Shown here: positions 36,369 through 45,315 of the stretch, one piece after another
Position numbering within the stretch: the stretch's first letter is position 1
Layout of the letters: each line of letters starts with the position of its first letter
Virus record (IMG/VR): IMGVR_UViG_3300037439_000104
Coordinates: 1-51,401 of that record
Length of the DNA: 51,401 nt
Source: a virus
Taxonomy: Duplodnaviria; Caudoviricetes
Direction: 5' to 3' (one strand)
Program-made: the position numbers and the translations under genes
Notes under the pieces: generated by a model
What the model saw: only the letters and a program-made list of their open reading frames with translations
Told to the model about the DNA's origin: nothing
Databases searched by the model: none

Positions 36369-38067
36369 CGTTCATTGCCGCCACCAACTCACCCGTGAAT
36401 CGAGCGGCCTCGCGCTCTTTGCGGGTGACGTTGGTGGCGATCTGGCCCTCCAGTTCCGACAGCACGATGTGCACGTCGACGGGGCGCGTCTGGCCGTACC
36501 GCCAGCAGCGGCGGATGGCCTGGTAGTAGGACTCGTACGAGTCGTTGAGCCCGACGAAGACCATCCGGGCGCAGTGCTGCCAGTTCATGCCGTGGGCATA
36601 GACATCGGGCTTGGTCACGAGGATGCGAACGTGGCCCTCGCGCCACGCCTGCTCCCGCTCAAGCTTTTTTCGCCAGGGCGTCTTGCCCTGAATGGAGACG
36701 CACTGTTCGCCGAACACCTCGGCGAGCGCGTCCTGCTCGTCGTTAAGTCCGCACCAGATCAGCCACTGGTCTTGGCACGCATGAGGTACTCGAACAGCGC
36801 CATCACCCGGATCGGGTCGTCGCCCAGATGTCCCAGCGCCAAGTTGCAGGACTGACAGAGAACACCACGGACCGTGCCCGTCTTGTGATCGTGGTCCACG
36901 TGCAACCGGCAGGTCGAGTCCGCTTCCGGATGCGCCCTGCAAACCGAGCAGCCCTGGTCGAGCATCAGCTCCAGCTCCGACCGATCCAGGCTGTACGTCG
37001 ACGCTCGGCGGGCCAACGGGTTTCGGCGACGGTAGTTCGCTACATCCGACTTCATCTGCTCTCGGTGCTCGGCCTCCTGTGCGTATCGCTCCCGCCGTCG
37101 GGCGTTGCGCTGATCTTTCGTCGCCTCCCGGTACGCCTTCACTCGATCCCTGTTCCGGGCGTACCAGTCCGCCATGTACTGGCGCTTCTGCTCGTCGGCA
37201 GTCATTGGCAATCTCCACAGCCCGGTCGACCCGGGCATCGAGCGTGGCCCGGCGTACCGCGGCCCGTCCGCCGACCCCGCCGAGCGTGGTGGCGAACAGT
37301 TGCCCTTCAGGCGCCGGCAGGTCGACGGGGATCAGCTGTGGGGTGATCCGCAGTTCCGGCAGTACGTAGCCGTCGTCGCTGTAGCCGATGTCCGACGGCC
37401 GGCGCAGGGCGACCGCCCAGGTGGACATCCACCGGAACATCGGCGCCCGCGCGTGACCCTTCGCCCGCCACCCGTCCTGGTCGTGGATGAAGTAGGTGGA
37501 GAGCATCTCTCGCCGCGTCGCCGTGCCGAGGAATTCGGCATGGTTGGCGAGCTCGGCGACGTCGTTGGGTGCCGGAGTTGCCGAGCAGCACAGCCGCCGG
37601 GGCACGCCGCCGAAGTGGGCAATCAGCTTGTCGCGGGTCTTCGACGTGACGTCCTTGAGGATCGAGGACTCGTCGAGCACCACGGCGCCGAGCCGGGTCG
37701 GGTCGAAGTGCTCGACCATCTCGTAGTTGGTGACCCAGATGCCGGGCCCGTCGACGGCCGCGCCGTCCCGGACGTACCGCGCGGTGATACCGATCCGCGC
37801 GGCCTCCTGCACGGTCTGCGCGCACACCGCCAGCGGCGCCACGAGCAGCGTGGTGTCGGCGGATAGCCGGGCCCACTCCAACTGCATCCGGGTCTTACCC
37901 AGGCCGGTGTCGGCCCAGATCGCGGCACGACCGGCGCGCACCGCCCAGGTGACGATCCGGGCCTGCCACGCGTGCAGGCTCGGGTGCACCAAGTCGACGT
38001 CGACCTCGATCCCGACCTGCCGGGCGGCGACCGCCTTGCGGGCGAGGAATTCCTGATAGCTGGTCAT
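36343..38067 (-). CDS. SNF2-like DEAD-box helicase carrying a ~144-codon insertion
   Basis: DTGLGKT, LDESS, SATPAPND, GMNWQ, QAIRRCWRYGQ; low-complexity insert between AVEIAN and DQWLIWC. Confidence 0.85.
   Translation of the reverse strand: MTSYQEFLARKAVAARQVGIEVDVDLVHPSLHAWQARIVTWAVRAGRAAIWADTGLGKTRMQLEWARLSADTTLLVAPLAVCAQTVQEAARIGITARYVRDGAAVDGPGIWVTNYEMVEHFDPTRLGAVVLDESSILKDVTSKTRDKLIAHFGGVPRRLCCSATPAPNDVAELANHAEFLGTATRREMLSTYFIHDQDGWRAKGHARAPMFRWMSTWAVALRRPSDIGYSDDGYVLPELRITPQLIPVDLPAPEGQLFATTLGGVGGRAAVRRATLDARVDRAVEIANDCRRAEAPVHGGLVRPEQGSSEGVPGGDERSAQRPTAGAIRTGGRAPRADEVGCSELPSPKPVGPPSVDVQPGSVGAGADARPGLLGLQGASGSGLDLPVARGPRSQDGHGPWCSLSVLQLGAGTSGRRPDPGDGAVRVPHACQDQWLIWCGLNDEQDALAEVFGEQCVSIQGKTPWRKKLEREQAWREGHVRILVTKPDVYAHGMNWQHCARMVFVGLNDSYESYYQAIRRCWRYGQTRPVDVHIVLSELEGQIATNVTRKEREAARFTGELVAAMNATRTGVAA
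36759..37205 (-). CDS. Endonuclease VII-family (HNH-like) homing endonuclease nested in another frame of the helicase
   Basis: CSVC...LHVDHDHKTGTVRGVLCQSCNLALG..GDD; GGAG-N7-ATG at 37205. Confidence 0.9.
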   Translation of the reverse strand: MTADEQKRQYMADWYARNRDRVKAYREATKDQRNARRRERYAQEAEHREQMKSDVANYRRRNPLARRASTYSLDRSELELMLDQGCSVCRAHPEADSTCRLHVDHDHKTGTVRGVLCQSCNLALGHLGDDPIRVMALFEYLMRAKTSG

Positions 38068-38672
38068 GCCGCGATCAGCCCCCGATCGCGCTGCCGCTTG
38101 ACGTAGCCCATCAGCGCGTTGTGGGTGCAGCCGATCGTCGTGGCGACGTCGGCCCACGCCACGCCGTCACGGCGCATCGCCTCGATCTGCTCGTGGTGCT
38201 CGGCGGGCCGGATCTGCGTGCCGAGCAGCGCAGCCTTTTGGCGGATGGCTTGGTCGGTGACGTAGTTCCGGATCGTGGCCCGGGTCAGGCCGGTCGCCCG
38301 GGAGATCTGGGAGTAGCTTTTGCGGGCTCGCCGCATCGTGTCGATCGTGGCGCGGTGGTCGGCGGCGGTGCGTGGACACATGCAGGTGGCGGGCCTGCCG
38401 GCGATCCGCTGGTGCCATGGGTGGCCGCACTGGTCGCAAACCTTGATTGGTTTGCCCCAGTCGTTGTGGGCGGTGCCGGCGACGATTACGCCGACGGGGT
38501 TCGGGTTTCGGTCGGGGCATTCGCCGGCGAACCGGCACGCGGTCCGGCACAGGAGGATGGCGGCGGCGTTGCCGGGGTTGCCGGTGGTCCACCATTCGGG
38601 GTCACGGACCTCGCAGGGGCGGAGTCCGGCGAGCGGGGCGCATCGCCCACGGGTCAGGGTCGGGGCGTTCAT
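38064..38672 (-). CDS. WhiB-like Cys-cluster protein with two C-terminal HTH motifs
   Basis: C...DPEWW...C..C...EC...GVIVAG; SYSQISRATGLT, WADVATTIG. Confidence 0.6.
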   Translation of the reverse strand: MNAPTLTRGRCAPLAGLRPCEVRDPEWWTTGNPGNAAAILLCRTACRFAGECPDRNPNPVGVIVAGTAHNDWGKPIKVCDQCGHPWHQRIAGRPATCMCPRTAADHRATIDTMRRARKSYSQISRATGLTRATIRNYVTDQAIRQKAALLGTQIRPAEHHEQIEAMRRDGVAWADVATTIGCTHNALMGYVKRQRDRGLIAA

Positions 38673-41600
38673 CGCGACACCTCGGCTTTCGGTTGGTGTG
38701 CGGCGACGAGGCGCTCGATGAACTGGTGCAGGTCGCTGGCGCGGCGGTTGGGTTCCCGGATCCAGGCCATGGCGTCGGCCCGTCGCCGTCCGGTGAGGTG
38801 GTCTTCAGCGAGTCCGAGGGCCATTCCTCGCAGGCGCCGGCTGGGGGTGTTCGGGGAGCCCTTCACCGAGTCACCTCCGTCGGGTCGAGCCGCCCGGTCA
38901 GCTCCAGTTCGCTGCCGGCGGGGATGAACGTGTTCGGCCCGGCGTTGCGCGCCCGGACCCACGGCGGCACGGCGCTCGGAGCGGCGACGGTGACGGTCTG
39001 CGGCGGGATGTCGACGGCGATCCCCCGGCTGTCGACGGCGATGACGCCACCGATCCGCTTGGTCTCGTCGACCTCGGGGGCCGCGTGCTGGGCGGCGTGA
39101 CGCGGCTCGTAGTCGCCAGCGGGGGCGATGAGCCGGCCGTCGTCGGCGGGGAGGTCGGCCAGCGGCGACCAGGTGGCGTCGGCGCCGGTGTGCTCCGGGT
39201 CGCGGTTCCGATGGAAGAGTGCGTCGAGTCGGGGCCAGCGCGAGGCGTTCATCGCGACACCCCGTCCATCTCGACCGTCGTGATCCGGCCGGCGGGAGCC
39301 TCGGGCTGCGCCGTGGTCTGCTGGGCCGGCGTCACCGGGGGCGGCAGCGTCTCCCCGGCCTTGGCCATGTCGTACTGCCGGATGGCCCAGACGATGGCGT
39401 GGCAGGCCCACAGGAACGGCCAGTCCCAGTCGTCGAGGTTCCACTCCCAGGTGTCGGAGCAGACGCCGGCCAGCTCCAGATCGCGCAGCAGGTCCCGGGC
39501 CTCGTCGGGGTGCGACAGTTCGCCGTCCTCGTCGCATCTGGCGATCAGTGCGCGGATCTCGGTGGCGTTTCGTGGCTGCACCGGCGCCGGCCGGGTCGCT
39601 CGCTCTAGCAGCGGGAGCCCGTCGTACACCTCCTTGGCCCGCGCGTAGTCGGCGACCTGGTCGGCGTAGCCCTCCGCGTACTCCTTGAGGCAGTCCTCGA
39701 TGTGCTCCTTGAGCACGTCCTCGCTGTACGTCCGGACGGACCGCCCGTGGTCGGACAGCTTCTCGGCCCAGTAGCCGGGGTTGATTCCGTGGCTGCTGCC
39801 GCCGCTGCGGAAGAACTCAAACATGTCGTCGAGTCGGGAGAAGATGTAGGCCCCGCCCATGTCGCCCTTGATGGCCAGGGAACCGGGCCAGGTGATGACC
39901 TCGAACCAGGCGTTCCACGACCGCTCCGGCCGGGCGCACCGGATGTGCCGGTACAGGCCGTCGTCGTGCAGGACGGTCATCACGTGGTCGGCGGTGTCGC
40001 GCTTGAAGCGGTCGGCGATCTCCTGCTCCAGGCTGACGGGCTTGATGTGCGGGGTCGTGGTCATCGCGGTGTCTCCAGTTCGGCGAGGGCGGCCGGGCGC
40101 ACGACGGCACCGGCCAGCGCGGTCAGTCCGCTCAGCCAGTGGGCGCGGTGGCGGGCGGCGCGGAGGGTGAAGTGGCGGCTGTGGACCGCCGTCGGGCGTC
40201 CGGGTTGCCGGATGGTCACGGCGTAGCGGCGGAGGATCACGCGGCGGCCCTCCGACCTTGTGCGATGTCGAACTCGGTCACCCGGGCGATCTGCCTGGCC
40301 CGCCACGCCTCAGTTGCTGCGTGGTGCTCGGCAGCGGTCGTCGGCCCGGTGGGGGTGGCGCGGTGTGCCGCAGCGGTGGCGGTGAGCCGGTTGATCAGCG
40401 GGCGGTTTCGCCACCAGCAGGCGAGGTATCCGGCGGTGAACATGGCGGCCAGGGCGACCGCGCAGAGGACGGCTACGAGGGCGGTCGTGGTGCTCATCGC
40501 CGCACCGCCGTTCCGAGGCCACAGACCTCTTCCCAGGCGTGCGACACGGCGACGGCCTGGCGCAGGATGCCGGCGATCTCCGGATGCGCGGCGAGTACCT
40601 CGGGCAGACCCTCCAGGACGATGACCAGCGCCAGCATTTGACCCTCGATCAGGTCGAACGCAGCGTCGGCCTGCGCCTCGGGAGCACCGTCGAGAGCCCG
40701 GAGGGCTAGCCGGTACCGGGTGACCTGTGCGTCGGTGGGTCGGAGTTGGGTGGCGTACGCGGGGTGGCGCGGCAGGATTGGCGCCGGGTCCTTGGGTCGC
40801 TGCGGGGTGGTGGTCATCGCGCACCGCCGAGACGCCACTGGTGCCCAGCCTCAACCCGGTCGACGTGACCCTCGTTCATCAGAACCGACTGGTAGATGAC
40901 CATTGCCCGGCTGGAGCACACCATCGCCTCGTCGTCGAGAGCGTTCGAACGGCCGGCGTTGCCGCGAACCTGGGCCTTGATGGCCTCGCGGCGGAGTCGC
41001 TGCCCACGCTTGGACAGGACCCGGGCCCAGCGGTGCTCAATGGCGAACCGGGCGCGTTGGCGCTCGATCCAGCCGGCGAGGTCCTGGGTCAGGTCGCAGC
41101 AGGCCGACCCGGGGTGCATGACCCGCTTCGGTCGCTTGATCGTCCGGGTGGTCACAACGTCGCTCCGATCTGGCGAGCCTCGGCCCGCCGGTACTCCTGC
41201 TCGGCGTCGACCTGGTGCCGCAGTTCGTCGGCGACCGGCGACCGGGGCAGCGCGGCGGGGTCCATGTGGCGCAGGCCGATGCGGTACCGCTCGACGAGGG
41301 CGGTCAGCGGGGCGGTCATGCCACACCGCCCTCGTCGTCCTGGCGGCGGATGATTTCCAGCGCGGCGCGGGACGACGAATTCCAGCCCCCGGTGAGCCGT
41401 ACTGGCACCAGGCCGGAGGCGACGTCACCCAGGTCGGGGGCGTCGATCAACGCGTTGATCAGCCGACCCACCTCGGCGTGCCGGGCAGTCGCAGCGCGGT
41501 GGGCGCGGTCGCGGGCGGGGCCGACGGCGGAGCCGATATCGATGCAGGCGGTGCCGTAGCTGACGACGGCGAGCCGGAGGGCTGCGATCTGGTCCCGGGT

Positions 41601-42156
41601 CGGCATCACGCACCGGCCTCGACGTCGTCGCCGAGCCGGTCGGAGCGCCGGCTCAGCCGCAGGGCATCGATGGTCTGTCGGATCTCTTCCAGCTTCGCCG
41701 CGTCAGTTCGGCTCGGCAGGTCGACGATGGCGCTGATGAGACCGACGACGTAGACGTAGTCCTGTCGCTGACCGGGTTCCGCGGCGTTGATCCGCCGGAG
41801 TTTGGTGACCAGTTCGGCGCGACGGTCCGGGGCGTTCATCGGACGCTCGTCAGGGAGTCGCCGTTGCGCAGCGCCGTGACGACTTGGTCGTGGCCGGCGA
41901 GTGCCTGAATGCGGGTCGTCCACCGCCACTGGTACTTGCCGTGGGCGTCACCGAAGATCATGGTCGCGAACAGCAGCGGCGGGCCTTCACTCCACTGGTG
42001 ATCAATGCCGAGGAAGACCGTCGATACCTCGACGTCCCCGACCTGGGTCCGGGCTACCCGGCGGGCATCGGTATTGGCCGAGAACCACTGGACCCACTGC
42101 TCGGGGTTGTCGACAGGTTGGACCTCGCCGCTATCAGTGAGGATGTAATGCTTCAT
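38669..42156 (-). CDS. Run of about 12 small translationally coupled early hypothetical genes (e.g. 38669-38866, 38863-39252, 39249-40064, 40237-40497, 40494-40817, 41316-41609, 41606-41839, 41836-42156)
   Basis: Successive ATGA/GTGA overlaps; no recognisable function. Confidence 0.6.
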
Positions 42157-42251
42157 GCGATACTCCCTGGGGTTGTTGGCGCTCCGCGTTGCCTTGGCTG
42201 GGGATGCGGGGCGCCGTTTCCATGTCCGGGCCGGGTGGCCGGGACCGGGGG

Positions 42252-42530
42252 TCAGGCGGCGGGGCGCTGGGTGGCCTTGCGGCGGCGCTGACGGGTCACC
42301 CGGTCACGGACCGAGGCGAGTGCATCGCTGCGCTCGGTCGTGACCGTGGTCAACTGGATCAGGGCGTCGAGCTGCTCGACGGTCAGGTACCGCTCGCGGC
42401 CGATGCGCACGTGGTCGAACCGGCGGGCTCGGGCCTGCTCGCGCAGGGTCCGCAGCGGGATGCCGATCTGCTCAGCCACCTCGGGAAGTGAGTGGAGACG
42501 GGGGAGTCCCGTCGGGGTCGGGTCGGTCAT
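42252..42530 (-). CDS. Excisionase-like HTH protein
   Basis: HSLPEVAEQIGIPLRTLR...VRIGRERYLT. Confidence 0.75.
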   Translation of the reverse strand: MTDPTPTGLPRLHSLPEVAEQIGIPLRTLREQARARRFDHVRIGRERYLTVEQLDALIQLTTVTTERSDALASVRDRVTRQRRRKATQRPAA

Positions 42531-42733
42531 CGCTCCTCCTCGGAGGCGGTGACGGTGTTGCGCTGGATGAATGCCTGGTAGCTGCGCAGTGGGATGCGCA
42601 CCGCTCCGTTTCGCCCAGGTGGCCCGGTCTTGACGGCCTCCAACTCCCCGGCGTCGATGTAGCGGCCGACGCTCCAGCGGGAGACCCGCAGCGCGGTGGC
42701 TACCTCATCGACGGTCAGGAATTCGGCTTCCAC
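42527..42733 (-). CDS. Excisionase/Cro-like HTH protein
   Basis: FLTVDEVATALRVSRWSVGRYIDAGELEA...VRIP. Confidence 0.85.
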   Translation of the reverse strand: MEAEFLTVDEVATALRVSRWSVGRYIDAGELEAVKTGPPGRNGAVRIPLRSYQAFIQRNTVTASEEER

Positions 42734-42901
42734 GTGGTCCTCCGACTTCTAGCGAGTCGTAGCGGGTTGTGCGTTCACTACGCTACAACACGAAAGAACA
42801 CGCGACAAGACGCTGCAAGGGCAGAACTTCAGATGCCGAGATGTGAGTACTCGGGACCCCGGCCTATGTCCGAAACGTGTTTCCGTGCTACAACCTGCTA
42901 C
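42734..42901. promoter_or_regulatory. Divergent lysis/lysogeny control region
   Basis: Between divergent cro-like and repressor genes; GCTACAAC at 42782 and 42887, GCTACA at 42897. Confidence 0.55.
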
Positions 42902-43300
42902 ATGGCTGACGGGTCCGATCGAGGCGTTGCGTACGACTTCTGGGTACGCGTGAAGCGCGAACAGGCGAGCCGTGGGTGGACCGACGAGGAACTACGCCGA
43001 CAGTCGGGCATCGCCCGGACGACAGTTGACCGACTGGAGAAGGGCAAGCGGGCACCCGCCGCAGCCACAGTCAACTCGTTGGCCACAGCCTTGGACGTCG
43101 ACCAGGACGAAGCACACCGTCTCGCACGACTGGTGCCGGATCTACCTCGATCGGGTGGAGTCAGCACCCGCGACGCTGTCCTACGCGACCCGAACTACAC
43201 CGAGACCCAGCGGCAGACGATGCTCGAACTGCTCGATGTGTTCGCTCGCGTCAACGAGCAGGCCGCCGATGCCGACGACCGCGACCGGAAGGCCGGCTAA
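42902..43300 (+). CDS. XRE-family immunity repressor
   Basis: RGWTDEELRRQSGIARTTVDRLEKGKRAP...LATALDV. Confidence 0.85.
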   Translation: MADGSDRGVAYDFWVRVKREQASRGWTDEELRRQSGIARTTVDRLEKGKRAPAAATVNSLATALDVDQDEAHRLARLVPDLPRSGGVSTRDAVLRDPNYTETQRQTMLELLDVFARVNEQAADADDRDRKAG

Positions 43301-44631
43301 CTCTCGCCGCGCCCCGACCGTCGAGCATCCGCCACCGCGTCGACCGCAAGCTCTTCCGCTTCCGGCATCAGGTCCCCGTAGATCTCGCTCGTCGTCGCGA
43401 GCTGCTGATGGCCGAGCCTGCGCGAGATCGCCAGGGGGGTCATCCGAGGATCGCTGAACAACCACATGGCGTGCGAGTGCCGAAGGTCGTGCCACGACGG
43501 CGCCGATCGGAGCACGTCTGGGCAGTCACAGTTGGAGGCGGCTCCAGCTGGCGGGCCGAAGTGCTGGGCGCAGCGGTTGGTGCCCGGCACGACCCGCGAA
43601 CCGCATGCCTGCCCGTTGGCCCGCTGCCCGCCGAAGTCCCGGCACCGACCCCGGGCCCCGGGCACCAACTCACCGCGGTCCGCCGGTGGATGGTCAGAGC
43701 ACCGTCGAGCACGCAGCAACGCTGGCTGCCACACTCGGTCATACATCCGGTCGTAGTCCAGGGCCTCGCCGTTGTCGTCCCGGAAGATGAACGTGTCCGG
43801 TGTGCCGCCGTCGACCAGGTCGAGCAGTGTCTTGTACAGGTCGGCGCCGATCGGCAGGGTCCGCTTGCTGCGGCCCTTCGTCGCCCCGAGGTACCGGGTG
43901 CCGTTCGCTTCCTTCCAGGCCCGCCAGACCCGGATCCGGGGGCCCCTGCCGGGTGTCGGCGCGGCGAGGTGCTTGGCGGCCAGCGCGGTGACCTCACCCC
44001 AGCGCATCCCGGTCTCGATGATGCAGTCGAGCAGCGGGTGCCACTGCTCGGCGAACTGGGCACGGAGCGTCTCGAAATGGCGTGGGGTGAGGTAGACGGC
44101 GTGGTGTTCGCCCGTGTCATCGTCGGCGCGTTGGTCCCGGACGAAGTCGGTGGCCCGGCAGGGGTTCAGGTCGATGTGTCCGTGTCTGGCGGCGGCTTCG
44201 AGCAGGGTGTGCAGCAGCGAGTAGTAGCGGGTGACGGTCTTGGGGCTGCCCATGACCGCGCTGAGTTGGTTGAGCCAGGTGCCGACGGTGACGGCGGTGA
44301 TCGTGGTCATCGGTATGTCGCCGAAGGTGGGCAGGATGTGATCGCGGAGCTGCTGCTCGTATCGGGCCCGGGTGCCGGGGGTGATGCGGGTCTTCGATGG
44401 CAGCCACTCGTCGGCCCACTGCCGCAGTGTCAGCCCGGCCGGTTCCTCGGGCTCCTCCACCACGCCCATGGCCTCGTAGACGTCGTCGGCGCTGATCTGG
44501 TGCCGGTGCCCTTCGGCGATGTCGCGGGCCTGCTCAGCGAGAGGTTCGGTGGGCCACGTGGTGTACTGCTTGCGACCCTCGTAACGCCAGATCACCCGGT
44601 ACGAGTCGCCGCGCTCCTCGATCGACGCCAT
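43297..44631 (-). CDS. int: Tyrosine integrase
   Basis: Arm-binding N-terminus; TGMRWGE, HDLRHSH, LGH...TT..Y; adjacent to the tRNA-derived att core. Confidence 0.95.
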   Translation of the reverse strand: MASIEERGDSYRVIWRYEGRKQYTTWPTEPLAEQARDIAEGHRHQISADDVYEAMGVVEEPEEPAGLTLRQWADEWLPSKTRITPGTRARYEQQLRDHILPTFGDIPMTTITAVTVGTWLNQLSAVMGSPKTVTRYYSLLHTLLEAAARHGHIDLNPCRATDFVRDQRADDDTGEHHAVYLTPRHFETLRAQFAEQWHPLLDCIIETGMRWGEVTALAAKHLAAPTPGRGPRIRVWRAWKEANGTRYLGATKGRSKRTLPIGADLYKTLLDLVDGGTPDTFIFRDDNGEALDYDRMYDRVWQPALLRARRCSDHPPADRGELVPGARGRCRDFGGQRANGQACGSRVVPGTNRCAQHFGPPAGAASNCDCPDVLRSAPSWHDLRHSHAMWLFSDPRMTPLAISRRLGHQQLATTSEIYGDLMPEAEELAVDAVADARRSGRGES

Positions 44632-44764
44632 GGATCTAGGCTATGGGGACAAGGGGACAACTGACATGCTCCGACCGGTCTCCGGGGTCACCGAACGTAC
44701 CGAACGCACATGGGTTTTCGAGGTCAGAGGATGTACCCGCAGGTCAGAGCAAGGGATTCCGATC

Positions 44765-44811
44765 GACTCATAATCCCTCGGTCGCGGGTTCGAGTCCCGC
44801 CCGCCCCACCA
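44765..44811 (+). tRNA. 3' half of a CAT-anticodon tRNA (Met/Ile2); att core, not a full gene
   Basis: CTCATAA loop, TCCCT, T-arm GCGGG-TTCGAGT-CCCGC, CCGCCCC-A-CCA; no 5' acceptor strand upstream. Confidence 0.9.
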
Positions 44812-44823
44812 CGCTTTACCAGC

Positions 44824-44862
44824 AGAAATGGCCCTCCAGACATCGATCGGAGGGCCATTTCT
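44824..44862. terminator. Terminator downstream of the tRNA 3' half
   Basis: AGAAATGGCCCTCC / GGAGGGCCATTTCT 14-bp stem. Confidence 0.85.
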
Positions 44863-44894
44863 CTGCGTGTGGGGACATTCTGGGGACAGTGGCC

Positions 44895-45188
44895 CTAACT
44901 GATCCGGCGCACTTTCGCGTTGGGCAGAGCCTCGGCGAGCCGGTCGACGGTGTCTTTCACGCCCTCGACGTACTGGCTTCCGTGCCTCTTGAACGCCCGG
45001 ACCACCGCAGCCCCGGTGAGCAGGTTGATCGAGAGGAAGCCCACCAGGATGGTGACCACGATGAAGACGTTGAACTTTGGTCCGCCCTGCACACCGGCGC
45101 CGTACGCGAGGGTGACGAGGGTTGTCAGCAGGATGAGGGTGATGACTCCGGCGATGCAGCCGGCGATGCTCCATGTGCGGGTGTTCAC
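44895..45188 (-). CDS. Two-TM membrane protein
   Basis: Two long hydrophobic segments; GTG 45188. Confidence 0.6.
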   Translation of the reverse strand: MNTRTWSIAGCIAGVITLILLTTLVTLAYGAGVQGGPKFNVFIVVTILVGFLSINLLTGAAVVRAFKRHGSQYVEGVKDTVDRLAEALPNAKVRRIS

Positions 45189-45315
45189 GATTTGGCTCCG
45201 ATTCCATCGGGGAGGGTGATGGTCGGAGGTGGGCTGGCTACACCTCCTGCCGGTATGCAGCGTCGTTGCGTGCATCCGGCACGGAGACCGCGTGGCAGAT
45301 CGCGGCCGGGCCCAG

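Larger units (their letters stand above)
44644..44888. mobile_element. attP-like site: tRNA core with arm-type repeats on both flanks
   Basis: GGGGACA at 44645, 44653, 44871, 44882 around the core; AGGTCAGAG at 44721 and 44741. Confidence 0.7.

Noticed and set aside
36772-37200. Intein in the helicase (insert begins near Cys and ends PHAC)
   Set aside because: No terminal His-Asn/Gln or Hint block motifs; composition is that of an off-frame read of the endonuclease gene.
8608-44664. Long plus-strand ORFs antisense to phage genes (e.g. 8608-9879, 18001-19320, 33736-35112, 43408-44664)
   Set aside because: Shadow ORFs expected from high GC3 codon bias; no motifs or RBS, opposite well-supported genes.
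44742-44811. Complete or intron-containing tRNA (GGTCAGAGCAAGGGA upstream resembles a D-arm end plus anticodon stem, 10 nt before the loop)
   Set aside because: No 5' acceptor strand or D-stem start upstream; AGGTCAGAG also occurs at 44721 as an att-arm motif. Treated as att core only.
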